DNA of 30,440 bases, from the NCBI GenBank assembly GCA_964430365.1, contig CAYSEU010000002.1, positions 1 through 30,440 of the forward strand, read 5' to 3'. The DNA comes from an uncultured Candidatus Saccharibacteria bacterium (lineage in GTDB: Bacteria > Patescibacteriota > Dojkabacteria > SC72). Below are positions 17,806 to 26,308 of this stretch, one piece after another. Position numbers and translations under genes: made by a program. Positions within the stretch are counted from its first letter, which is position 1, and each line of letters begins with the position of its first letter. Below the pieces are notes generated by a model that saw only the letters and a list, made by a program, of their open reading frames with translations, searched no databases and was not told where the DNA came from.

Positions 17806-18417
17806 ATGAGATTAAAAGCACCTGCCCCATTGGGTGAAAGTGAAACAAAAAAACAGTCCTCTATCAATCAATCTACCCAGGTGTATCAAAATAACGAAAT
17901 AAAACAGAATATACTGCCCCCTACAACCCAAATAAACCTTAAATGGTTAAAACTTCCTAAAATAAATATACCTTGGTTAAAATTACCAAAGCTTAATATC
18001 CCCTCACAAAAAAAGAGAATGATAACAGAAATATCACTAATAGCAGTTCCCTCTCTTTTACTATTAATACTTACAATAATGATAATATCTTTCGTTAAAT
18101 CAGAACCATATAGAATGACAAGGGAATTCTTGGAGAAAATTGATAATGGAAATACCGTTGGAGCATATGATATGACTACTGATGCGTATAAATCTGCTAA
18201 GAGTTTAAAAGATTTTAAAGAGATAGTAAACAAACTAAACTCTGTAGATATATCCCACCCAGAAGAGAAAGATAGATATATAGAAGAAATACCTGGCATG
18301 GGACAGTATGCTCATGTAAAGTATAAAATCTCAGGATATTATGTTGATATTACTGTATTCAACGATAAAATAGATTGGGGGATACACTCTGTTACACTAT
18401 CTCTTATCAATCAGTAA
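17806..18417 (+). CDS. Single-pass membrane hypothetical protein with a small extracytoplasmic alpha/beta (NTF2-like?) domain
   Basis: Low-complexity N-terminus, one TM helix (ISLIAVPSLLLLILTIMIISF), then REFLEKIDNGNTVGAYD. ATG 17806 is preferred over 17785 because TTGATA-N17-TAATTT lies at 17766-17794. Confidence 0.6.
   Translation: MRLKAPAPLGESETKKQSSINQSTQVYQNNEIKQNILPPTTQINLKWLKLPKINIPWLKLPKLNIPSQKKRMITEISLIAVPSLLLLILTIMIISFVKSEPYRMTREFLEKIDNGNTVGAYDMTTDAYKSAKSLKDFKEIVNKLNSVDISHPEEKDRYIEEIPGMGQYAHVKYKISGYYVDITVFNDKIDWGIHSVTLSLINQ
17944..18003 (+). repeat. Imperfect 30-nt tandem repeat encoding WLKLPKINIP / WLKLPKLNIP
   Basis: tggttaaaacttcctaaaataaatatacct / tggttaaaattaccaaagcttaatatcccc. 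Confidence 0.75.
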
Positions 18418-19493
18418 TTAAGAGATATAGCCCTCTCTTTATAGAAGTTTTCCAATCCCAAAGTTATTAACCTATCTATTACCTTAGAATACGGCATACC
18501 ACTCTCTTCCCACAATTTCGGAAACATACTAATGGATGTAAATCCAGGGATAGTATTTACCTCATTAACAAATACTCTACCATCTTTTAATAGGAAGAAA
18601 TCTACTCTGGCAAATCCTTCACATCCTAATACTTCATATGCTTTTCTTGCCATAAACCTTATCTCATCACTTTTCTCTTTATCTATATCTGCAGGGATAA
18701 TAATCTTGGCACCATCCTTTTTAATATATTTAGCCTCATATGAATAGTATTCATCATTAGGAATTATTTCTCCTAAACATGAAGCCTTAGGTACCTTATT
18801 ACCTATTACACCACACTCTATCTCCCTACCTTCGATAAGTTCTTCTATTAAAACCTTCTTACCATATTTAAAAGCTTTTTTAATATTAACTGTCAAAGTT
18901 ACAGAGTTATTAATCTTACTAGTACCAATAGAAGACCCTGAATCTGCCGGTTTAATGAAAGCTTTTGTACCAAACTTGAAAAGTATCTCATCATTATTAA
19001 CCCTCGTAATATTAGAATATGCTATATAGTCTACAATAGGAATACCTGCATCTCGCAGTAATCTCTTTGTTACATCCTTATCCATACATATTGCAGAACT
19101 CAATACAGAAGAACCCACGAATGGGACATTTGCTATCCTTAATAACCCTTGTATAGAGCCATCTTCTCCATATGTACCATGTAAGACAGGAAATACAATA
19201 TCCACTATTTCTTTTTTTGAAGGGTTAGTAATATTGTATATCTCACCATTAGATTGAGGTAAGAATATTACTCTATCCGTAGTAGTTCGAATTGGTCGAG
19301 AAGCGCTTTTATTTTCTAAAAAATATTTAATGTCTTGTAAAAACCATTCCCCCGTCTTAGTAATACCTATTAGAACAATATCATATTTATCCTTATCAAT
19401 AGCTCTAACAACATTTCTAGCAGATTCTAAAGACACAGAATGTTCTGCAGATTTTCCACCGTATAGTATTGCAACTTTTATCTTCTTTGTCAT
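18411..19493 (-). CDS. ddl: D-alanine--D-alanine ligase (DdlA-like)
   Basis: YGGKSAEHSVS, FPVLHGTYGEDG, MDKDVTK, FIKPADSGSSIG, YSYEAKY, EVNTIPGFT. The true start is ATG 19493 (AAGGA SD); the longer ORF runs through the tRNA. Confidence 0.93.
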   Translation of the reverse strand: MTKKIKVAILYGGKSAEHSVSLESARNVVRAIDKDKYDIVLIGITKTGEWFLQDIKYFLENKSASRPIRTTTDRVIFLPQSNGEIYNITNPSKKEIVDIVFPVLHGTYGEDGSIQGLLRIANVPFVGSSVLSSAICMDKDVTKRLLRDAGIPIVDYIAYSNITRVNNDEILFKFGTKAFIKPADSGSSIGTSKINNSVTLTVNIKKAFKYGKKVLIEELIEGREIECGVIGNKVPKASCLGEIIPNDEYYSYEAKYIKKDGAKIIIPADIDKEKSDEIRFMARKAYEVLGCEGFARVDFFLLKDGRVFVNEVNTIPGFTSISMFPKLWEESGMPYSKVIDRLITLGLENFYKERAISLNY

Positions 19494-19519
19494 ATTGAAA
19501 ATATCCTTATATTTAATGA

Positions 19520-19606
19520 CGGAGAGAGTGGGATTCGAACCCACGGTACGGAAACCCGTACAACGGTTTTCAAGACCGTCACTTTCGACCACTCAGTCAT
19601 CTCTCC
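19520..19606 (-). tRNA. tRNA-Ser (anticodon UGA), no encoded CCA
   Basis: Acceptor stem GGAGAGA/TCTCTCC, D-arm ACT..AGT, anticodon stem ACGGT-CTTGAAA-ACCGT, long variable arm GTACGG-GTTT-CCGTAC, T-arm GTGGG-TTCGAAT-CCCAC, discriminator G followed by TCA. Confidence 0.97.
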
Positions 19607-19616
19607 ATTGCCACAA

Positions 19617-19625
19617 ATTATATCA
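19617..19625 (-). promoter_or_regulatory. Extended -10 promoter for tRNA-Ser (and probably ddl)
   Basis: TGA-TATAAT 10 nt upstream of the tRNA 5' end. Confidence 0.65.
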
Positions 19626-19647
19626 TACTCATCTCTCATTTCCTTTA

Positions 19648-19676
19648 TTGACTAAACCGTATATCTTACATATCAT
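19648..19676 (+). promoter_or_regulatory. sigma70 promoter of the surface-protein cluster, leaderless geometry
   Basis: TTGACT (19648-53), 17-nt spacer, TATCAT (19671-76), 7 nt, ATG 19684. Confidence 0.7.
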
Positions 19677-19683
19677 CATATAT

Positions 19684-20877
19684 ATGCCCAAAATATTAAA
19701 AATGGTTTTTACAATATATATATGTATATTACCTACCCTTCTTTTTGCTGCAGAATTAGATTCTACTAATTACAAAATAGTGGGTGCTACTACCAAAGGA
19801 GGATCTATACTTGAGACAGCAAGTGGAGATTACTCTGCCCTACTTGAAGTAGGAAGAATATCAAATAATCCAAGAAATTACTCTAACAGTTATAAAATGC
19901 TAACAAGTCCAGAGCAAGCATTCCTGCCTGCAGTACCCGAAGTATCATGCTTTGAAACTACTACTTCAGGATCTTCTAGCTGTACTACCGGACCAACAGA
20001 GCTATCTACAGGAGGTATGGTAGCAATATGTGGACCTAGTGGTTGCTATGATAAAGCAAGGTTTGAAATTGATACTAATGGTAACCCAATAGATACCCTT
20101 TACGCTGTAATGATATCTACTGACAATTTTGTATCCGATATTAGATACGTAGATGGTTCATCCCTCTGGCCAGAGAGTATAAGTACACATAACCTAAGTG
20201 ATTTCTTAACAAAGACAGATTGGGAAATACCAGATTTTAATATACAAGGCCTTCAAACAGCTACCACCTACTATATTAGGATATTGGCTTTACATGGTGA
20301 CTTTACTCAAACAGAACAAGGTCCCATTGCTAGTGCAACTACTTCAGCAGGATCTGTATTTTTTGATATAGATATTGATGATGAGACCGGAATAACTACA
20401 GAGACCGTATCTCCATATACAATTTCTTTTACAGGAGCATATGAATTAATTGGAGGAACTGCTCCTACTACAGCTCAAAACAGAATCTGGATAGATGGAG
20501 CAACGAACTCAGAGGGAGGATTTGCAATAATTGTAAGAGGAGTAAATGGAGGTTTAAAGAGTGATACTACTGGACAAACAATAGTATCAGCTACTGCCGA
20601 TTTAAATACTGCTGCAGATGGTTTTGGAATACAAAGCGAGTATATAGATTATGATACTTATCCATATTTAGGATCTATTACAGCTACTACAGATTACAGT
20701 GGAACAGGAAACTATGTAGGAATAGTTGGAACTACTGCCACCAAGGTTTATGAATCAGAGTTACCTGTATTTAATGGAAGAATGGCGTTAAAGGTAATAG
20801 CAAAACCAGGTATGGATAAGGTTGCTGCTACTGACTATCAGGAGACCATATATTTTGTATTAATTCCTAGATTTTAA
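19684..20877 (+). CDS. Secreted multidomain beta-rich protein (FN3-like domain plus WxL/pilin-like C-terminal domain)
   Basis: Signal peptide MPKILK...TLLFA; FN3-like segment GLQTATTYYIRILA; ends YQETIYFVLIPRF; no TM anchor. The upstream part of the computed ORF (19330-19683) is spurious. Confidence 0.6.
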   Translation: MPKILKMVFTIYICILPTLLFAAELDSTNYKIVGATTKGGSILETASGDYSALLEVGRISNNPRNYSNSYKMLTSPEQAFLPAVPEVSCFETTTSGSSSCTTGPTELSTGGMVAICGPSGCYDKARFEIDTNGNPIDTLYAVMISTDNFVSDIRYVDGSSLWPESISTHNLSDFLTKTDWEIPDFNIQGLQTATTYYIRILALHGDFTQTEQGPIASATTSAGSVFFDIDIDDETGITTETVSPYTISFTGAYELIGGTAPTTAQNRIWIDGATNSEGGFAIIVRGVNGGLKSDTTGQTIVSATADLNTAADGFGIQSEYIDYDTYPYLGSITATTDYSGTGNYVGIVGTTATKVYESELPVFNGRMALKVIAKPGMDKVAATDYQETIYFVLIPRF

Positions 20878-20880
20878 CTA

Positions 20881-20909
20881 TTGACACCATGCTTAAGAGA
20901 ATGTAAATT
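20881..20909 (+). promoter_or_regulatory. Near-consensus internal sigma70 promoter upstream of the 372-aa secreted protein
   Basis: TTGACA (20881-86), 17-nt spacer, TAAATT (20904-09). Confidence 0.7.
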
Positions 20910-20956
20910 GTATTATAGAAAATAAATATGAACTCTAATTTTTTAATCTGCCCAAT

Positions 20957-22075
20957 GTGAAGAGTCTGAAAACCAGTTTGAAGATAGTAGTCCCAACCCT
21001 ATTTTTAGTATTCTCTACGGCCTTCTTTATAGTGTTCTCTGCACAGGCAGGTACATTAGCTGCTGTATATATATTCATGAGTAGATTAAAGGCAGGTTTA
21101 GATGGAACAGGTCCTAACACAGTACAATTTATACTCGCCATTGATACAGCAACAACTATTCCTACAGCAGGTACAATTAAAATAGAGTTTCCAGATGATG
21201 AAGACGCTACATGGTGTAGAACAGCTGGAGCTTTAACTGTAGCTGGAGTTACAGCATCTGCGGTAGATTTAGCAGGAGGAAACTGGGATATTGATAGCGC
21301 ACTACCAACATCTGGTGTACTTAGTGCTGCATGTTCACAAGGTGGCATTGGTACTGTAGACACTATCACTATCTCTAATGTTGGTGCATTAACTGCAGGT
21401 ACTACATATGGAGTACAGATTTCAAATAGCGTTGGAGTCATAGGTACTAATGGAACAACGGGAGAACACGAACTTACAATTACCGCTGCTTCTGGAGCAA
21501 CTATGGATTCAAAATCATTCAAGGTATATCTTTTAGGTGATGACGCTGTCGTAATTACTGCAACAGTATCTGATATGCCAACTGTTGTTTGTTCTATTAG
21601 TACAAATACTGTAAATCTTGGTACCTTATACCCAGGTGGTGCATATGCAACTGGAACTCATACGATTAGTACTTCCACAACCTCAAGTGGTTACTACTGG
21701 GCTGTATATGGAACAGGAGATAGTTCAACAGATGCTGGTTTGTATAAATCTACGGTTACTACACATTTGATTGCTTCCGGTGCAACAGCTACACTTGATC
21801 TTACTAATGCAACAATCTCTGGATTTGGTTTAACACTTTCAGATCCTGACTCAACAGATCCTGCAACTGTAGCTACAAACTTTGTAAATACAACAGCTGG
21901 TACATTCGGAACAATAGATAGATTGTACTCTGGTGCTAAATTAGTACTATCACAATCTGGTACACAAGGCTCAGCAGAAAACTCTACTGTTACATATGGT
22001 GCGAAAGCAAGCTCCTCGGCTCCAGCAGGTTCATACCAGGAGACTGTATATTGGATATGTGGTGGTTACTACTAG
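20957..22075 (+). CDS. Secreted Thr/Ala/Gly/Ser-rich two-domain protein with WxL/pilin-like C-terminal domain (candidate major surface subunit)
   Basis: GTG start; signal peptide ending AQA; four Cys; internal VVITATV strand; C-terminus APAGSYQETVYWICGGYY; no TM anchor. Confidence 0.6.
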   Translation: MKSLKTSLKIVVPTLFLVFSTAFFIVFSAQAGTLAAVYIFMSRLKAGLDGTGPNTVQFILAIDTATTIPTAGTIKIEFPDDEDATWCRTAGALTVAGVTASAVDLAGGNWDIDSALPTSGVLSAACSQGGIGTVDTITISNVGALTAGTTYGVQISNSVGVIGTNGTTGEHELTITAASGATMDSKSFKVYLLGDDAVVITATVSDMPTVVCSISTNTVNLGTLYPGGAYATGTHTISTSTTSSGYYWAVYGTGDSSTDAGLYKSTVTTHLIASGATATLDLTNATISGFGLTLSDPDSTDPATVATNFVNTTAGTFGTIDRLYSGAKLVLSQSGTQGSAENSTVTYGAKASSSAPAGSYQETVYWICGGYY

Positions 22076-22093
22076 TAATTGATATACTTGAAC

Positions 22094-23068
22094 ATGAGAT
22101 TTACTCGATTCATGAAATATAACGGAATATTATTACTGCCCGTAATAATACTTCTCCTGAGTGTTCACCCTCTTTTTGCTCAAACCTCTCTATCAATAGG
22201 CGTTGCTCCTACTTCTAAAGTTTTAAAACTAAGCCCAGGAGAAACCTACTCTGATGAAATAGTATATTGGAATCTATCTCAAGAAGCAGGTACCTACCGT
22301 GTCTTTATTAGTGGCTTCCAACAGATAGAGAATCAACCAGGTACCGCTGTCATTTTAACAGAAGAAGAAGATGCCCTTGTCGATTACTCTGCTTCAAAAT
22401 GGGTTACAGTATCCAAAGATATTCTAGAATTAGAACCTAATAAAAATATTAAATTACAATACACTATTAAAGTACCTACAGACACTACGAATGGAGAGTT
22501 TAATGTAGAGATATTTCTAATTTCTGAAAATGCTTACCAGCAACAAGGTACAGCAGCATTTACCAATCTTGCTGCAGGAACCCCTATACTAATACAAATT
22601 GGAGATGACTATGTTCAGAATGCAGAATTACTCAGGTTTATTGCAGACAAAAAAGTATATGAAAAGATAAATGTAGACTTCTTAACCACTATTAAAAACC
22701 TTGGTGACATGCATATAACCCCTACAGGAGAGATATTAATAGAAAATATCTTTGGACAAGAGGTAGCTAGAATCCCCTTTAATAAGAATGCTAAAAGCCT
22801 TCTTAGAGACACATTAGGAAACTATACCGATAATTGGACTCAATCAGGATACTTATCTCCTAACAAGGCTATAGCAGTTGGCCCTATGAAAGCCAAATTA
22901 ATGGTTACATACAGAAGCTTTCAACCCGGTTTTGCAGTCTTAGGTAGTGAAGCAACCTTCTGGATAATTCCATGGAAGATTATTCTTGCTATCCTTGCTG
23001 CTATTCTTCTTGTTATAATAGTTAGAATAAATAAGAAGAAAATAAATAGAAAGAATGAAATTTCTTAA
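22094..23068 (+). CDS. Membrane-anchored DUF916/DUF3324-like (WxL-interacting or chaperone-like) protein 1
   Basis: Signal peptide; GVAPTSKVLKLSPGETY...N; second domain IKNLGDMHITPTGEILIENIFG; FWIIPW followed by TM and a basic tail. The start could be 22079, 22094 or 22112. Confidence 0.6.
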   Translation: MRFTRFMKYNGILLLPVIILLLSVHPLFAQTSLSIGVAPTSKVLKLSPGETYSDEIVYWNLSQEAGTYRVFISGFQQIENQPGTAVILTEEEDALVDYSASKWVTVSKDILELEPNKNIKLQYTIKVPTDTTNGEFNVEIFLISENAYQQQGTAAFTNLAAGTPILIQIGDDYVQNAELLRFIADKKVYEKINVDFLTTIKNLGDMHITPTGEILIENIFGQEVARIPFNKNAKSLLRDTLGNYTDNWTQSGYLSPNKAIAVGPMKAKLMVTYRSFQPGFAVLGSEATFWIIPWKIILAILAAILLVIIVRINKKKINRKNEIS

Positions 23069-23948
23069 AATCCTTATTACAGCAGCCTTTATATATACCT
23101 TGCTTGGTATTCCTCTACTCTATGCAAGTAGTAGTATTGATCCTGCAATTAGAAGAATTACACTTGCTCAAGGTGAAAGAATGTTTGGTAGTGTTGTATT
23201 TAAAAATGGAGAAAACAAAGATATACAAGTCTTACTTACACCATATACTTACAACCCCAAAACAGATGAGATTACAGAAGATAAGAGGAATATCTTTCTT
23301 AAAGTAGATACTGATAGTATAAAAGTAAAAGCCAATTCTTCATACAATATTAAATATGAGATACTACCCCTTAGTAACTTACCAAATGGAAGCTACTTTA
23401 ATATACTAGCTATTACACCAGTTACTGATTCTAAGAACGTAAAAATAAATCTAAGTATATCTCAATTAATAATATTAGATATAGTAGACCCCAATGACCA
23501 AGTAAGGGGTATTACAACTACGCAGTACTCTACACAAATAGAAGTTAAAAGAAGAGGAATCCCCTTTATACTACCCACTATACTTAAATACAGTATAAAG
23601 AATAATTCTAACTACCTTCTTACACCCCAAGGAAGAATGGATGTATTCAATGAGAGAAATAGCTACCAACCAACATACCTTTACCTCAATGAGGAGAAAA
23701 AAGATATATACCCAGGAGAGACATTAGAAGGAGAGATTAAAATACCTACTTGGTATATACAAGATCTCTTTATTAAAAGAGTTGTAAAAGCACAAGTATA
23801 TAATGGTGTAGATAATAATGCTCAAGATATAGAGATAGAGATTAATAATTACATATTTGAATTAATTGCCTTACTAATAGTAATAATAATAGGTATACTA
23901 CTTTCCAAATCTATAGTAGAAGATTTTTCTAAAAAGAGAAAAACTTAA
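23055..23948 (+). CDS. Membrane-anchored DUF916/DUF3324-like protein 2 (paralog of the upstream gene)
   Basis: Signal peptide; IDPAIRRITLAQGE...FKN; IKNNSNYLLTPQGRMDVFN; C-terminal TM and basic tail; overlaps the upstream gene by 14 nt. Confidence 0.55.
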   Translation: MKFLKILITAAFIYTLLGIPLLYASSSIDPAIRRITLAQGERMFGSVVFKNGENKDIQVLLTPYTYNPKTDEITEDKRNIFLKVDTDSIKVKANSSYNIKYEILPLSNLPNGSYFNILAITPVTDSKNVKINLSISQLIILDIVDPNDQVRGITTTQYSTQIEVKRRGIPFILPTILKYSIKNNSNYLLTPQGRMDVFNERNSYQPTYLYLNEEKKDIYPGETLEGEIKIPTWYIQDLFIKRVVKAQVYNGVDNNAQDIEIEINNYIFELIALLIVIIIGILLSKSIVEDFSKKRKT

Positions 23949-24847
23949 AAAAGAGACATTACCTGCTTAGTAGTCTTAAAACCTATCTTAGCAACCTCAT
24001 TTAGTTTCTCACTACCATGTAATGCTACAAACTCTCTACCCTGAGCTATTACATTGGAAGCACCCTTAGGAAATTCAAAATCATATTTTTCATTCATATT
24101 ACTCCACTCTCTAAGAAAGATTCCTCTCGCTATTATAGAAGCACAAGCTACCGCTATATCCGATTCCCCCTTATGATGCTGTATTAATTCACACTGTTTA
24201 CCAAGTACCCCTAACTCATCAGACACCCTACTTTTGGATGTAGAGAACTGATCTACAACAACATACTCACATTTAATACCCTTCTTTTTTAAATCTTTTA
24301 ATCCCATCTCAATAACTTTAGTATGCTGTTTAGCAAGTAATATAGAAACGTTTCTGTACTCTTCAATCTGTTTGTTGTATTCTTTAGGTTCTAATACTGA
24401 AGAGTAATAGTATGGATAATCACTTACCATATCGAAAAGATTACGTATTTTTCCATCAGAGAATTTCTTAGAGTCTGCAAAACCCAAAAGTTTAACCTTC
24501 TTAGAAAACTCTTCCGTAATAAAACAACTAACTACTACTAAAGGACCAAAGTAATCTCCCTTACCCACCTCATCTACACCCATATGAGGTCTAAATAGTT
24601 CTATAGATACATCCTTCTCTGTTTTTTTAATATTGGATATAACAGATGTAAAATCTTCTCTACCCTGAAATACTAATTTACCACTACTGTACATCATAGC
24701 TACAGAACCCTTAGGACTCCTTAATCTAAAAATAACATACAAGTTGTCATATGCCTCTTCCCTCCAGTTATTTGCTAAAAGGACCTCTCTTACACCCTCT
24801 AGTTCATCTCTTTTAAATTCTACTGTAAATGTATTTTGATTACTCAT
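23945..24847 (-). CDS. rnhC: Ribonuclease HIII
   Basis: N-terminal TBP-like domain (MYSSGKLVFQG), GVDEVGKGDYFGPLVV, DSKK, VVVDQF, KGESDIAVACASIIAR. Confidence 0.92.
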   Translation of the reverse strand: MSNQNTFTVEFKRDELEGVREVLLANNWREEAYDNLYVIFRLRSPKGSVAMMYSSGKLVFQGREDFTSVISNIKKTEKDVSIELFRPHMGVDEVGKGDYFGPLVVVSCFITEEFSKKVKLLGFADSKKFSDGKIRNLFDMVSDYPYYYSSVLEPKEYNKQIEEYRNVSILLAKQHTKVIEMGLKDLKKKGIKCEYVVVDQFSTSKSRVSDELGVLGKQCELIQHHKGESDIAVACASIIARGIFLREWSNMNEKYDFEFPKGASNVIAQGREFVALHGSEKLNEVAKIGFKTTKQVMSLF

Positions 24848-26294
24848 CCCTTTTTACAAGACTCTGCCCTTGGGGTGTATCTAACACCTTATACCCCTTC
24901 TCGTAAATTAAATCTCTTAATCTATCTGACTCATTAAAGTCCTTACTATCCCTAGCCTCTTGCCTCTGTTTAAGTAAATCATCTATTTCCTCTGTATTAC
25001 TATCCTCATCTGAAAAAGAGATGTTTTTTAAATCTAATCCTAATACCCTATCAAAATCATATATTGTAGAAAGGATATCTTCTTTAGGGTATTCTGACTT
25101 AAGAAGTTCATTTACTAGACCTAATACACCAGACATATTAAGATTGTTCTCCAGCTCTTTCTTAAACCTGTCTACATACTCTTGTATAACCTTACCCTCT
25201 TTATTACCTAACTCCTTAACTCGTCTTATTAATGCTAGTCTAGCATTCTTAGCCCCCTCTAAAGCCCCTATTGAAAAGCTTATCTTAGTTCTATAGTTGA
25301 TGGAAAGGAATAGATATCTTAAGTCTAGAGGATTAAAACCTAACTGCTCTATCTCAGGTAGAGTATTAGCCCCACCCCTACTCTTAGAAAGTTTCTCTTC
25401 ATCTTTATTTAATAACCATTCATTATGTACCCAATATTTAACAACAGGATGTTTGAATGCTCCAATATTTTGTGCTCTCTCATTAGTATGATGTACAGGA
25501 ATATGATCTATACCACCAGTGTGAATATCAAAATACTCACCTAATATCTTTGTTCCCATTGCAGAACACTCTATATGCCAACCAGGGAAACCATCTCCCC
25601 AAGGAGAAGACCAATTCATAATGTGATCTTTGTATTTACCTACTCTCTTCATCCAAAGTACAAAATCAGCAGGATTCTTTTTGTCCGAATCAACACCGAC
25701 CTCTTCTCTTACACCGACCTCCTTCTCACTTAAATCTTGTCCTGTGAATATTGTATAGTCCTCTAATTTGCTTACATCAAAATATACTGCTTGCTTAGTC
25801 TCATACGTATATCCATTCTCTTCCATCCTCTTAATCATATCAATCATATCTTTAATATATTCCGTTGCTCTACTCCACCCATATTTACTTACCTCTGTAT
25901 ATGTAACACCCTCTGGTATCTCTTTTCCATTAGGAGCAAGAATATTTAATTTCCTAAAATCATCTAAAACAGTATCAATATATTTATTTGCGATATCTAT
26001 TGGTTCTAACCCCTCCCTTTCTGCCTGCCTATCTATTTTATCATCACCAAAATCATCACCAAAATCATCTTGAGATGACATATGTCCCACATCAGTAATA
26101 TTCATTACCCTCTTTACATCATATCCTAGATACAGTAACGCTCTGTGTAATATATCCCAGTTTACATATGCCCTAAGATTTCCAACATGCATTCTGAAGT
26201 AGACTGTAGGACCACAGCTATATATTGAAATTTCCCCCTTCCTTTGAGGTATAATATCCACTACCCTCCTATCTAATGTTGAATACAGTTTCAT
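24840..26294 (-). CDS. cysS: Cysteine--tRNA ligase
   Basis: [49 protein letters not shown]...HH, KLSKS; AAAGGA SD. Confidence 0.96.
   Translation of the reverse strand: MKLYSTLDRRVVDIIPQRKGEISIYSCGPTVYFRMHVGNLRAYVNWDILHRALLYLGYDVKRVMNITDVGHMSSQDDFGDDFGDDKIDRQAEREGLEPIDIANKYIDTVLDDFRKLNILAPNGKEIPEGVTYTEVSKYGWSRATEYIKDMIDMIKRMEENGYTYETKQAVYFDVSKLEDYTIFTGQDLSEKEVGVREEVGVDSDKKNPADFVLWMKRVGKYKDHIMNWSSPWGDGFPGWHIECSAMGTKILGEYFDIHTGGIDHIPVHHTNERAQNIGAFKHPVVKYWVHNEWLLNKDEEKLSKSRGGANTLPEIEQLGFNPLDLRYLFLSINYRTKISFSIGALEGAKNARLALIRRVKELGNKEGKVIQEYVDRFKKELENNLNMSGVLGLVNELLKSEYPKEDILSTIYDFDRVLGLDLKNISFSDEDSNTEEIDDLLKQRQEARDSKDFNESDRLRDLIYEKGYKVLDTPQGQSLVKRDE
26041..26069. repeat. Exact 12-nt tandem duplication inside cysS ([10 protein letters not shown])
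   Basis: tcatcaccaaaa x2 followed by tcatc. Confidence 0.8.
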
Positions 26295-26308
26295 AATTAT
26301 TCCTTTAC

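Noticed and set aside
19494-19592. 33-aa N-terminal extension of Ddl in the ORF track
   Set aside because: It is a translation of the tRNA-Ser gene. The SD and the family N-terminus indicate ATG 19493.
19330-19683. N-terminal 118 codons of the computed 515-aa ORF
   Set aside because: This part runs antisense over ddl and tRNA-Ser. A promoter and a signal peptide place the real start at 19684.
15392-23948. Genomic island integrated at tRNA-Ser
   Set aside because: I found no integrase, no duplicated tRNA 3' end (att site) and no transposase, and the tRNA lies in the middle of the envelope genes. The higher GC of 20957..22075 is explained by its Gly/Ala/Thr content.
25693-25728. Imperfect 18-nt repeat in cysS ([12 protein letters not shown])
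   Set aside because: It has only two copies in a normally variable loop, with no evidence of function beyond coding.
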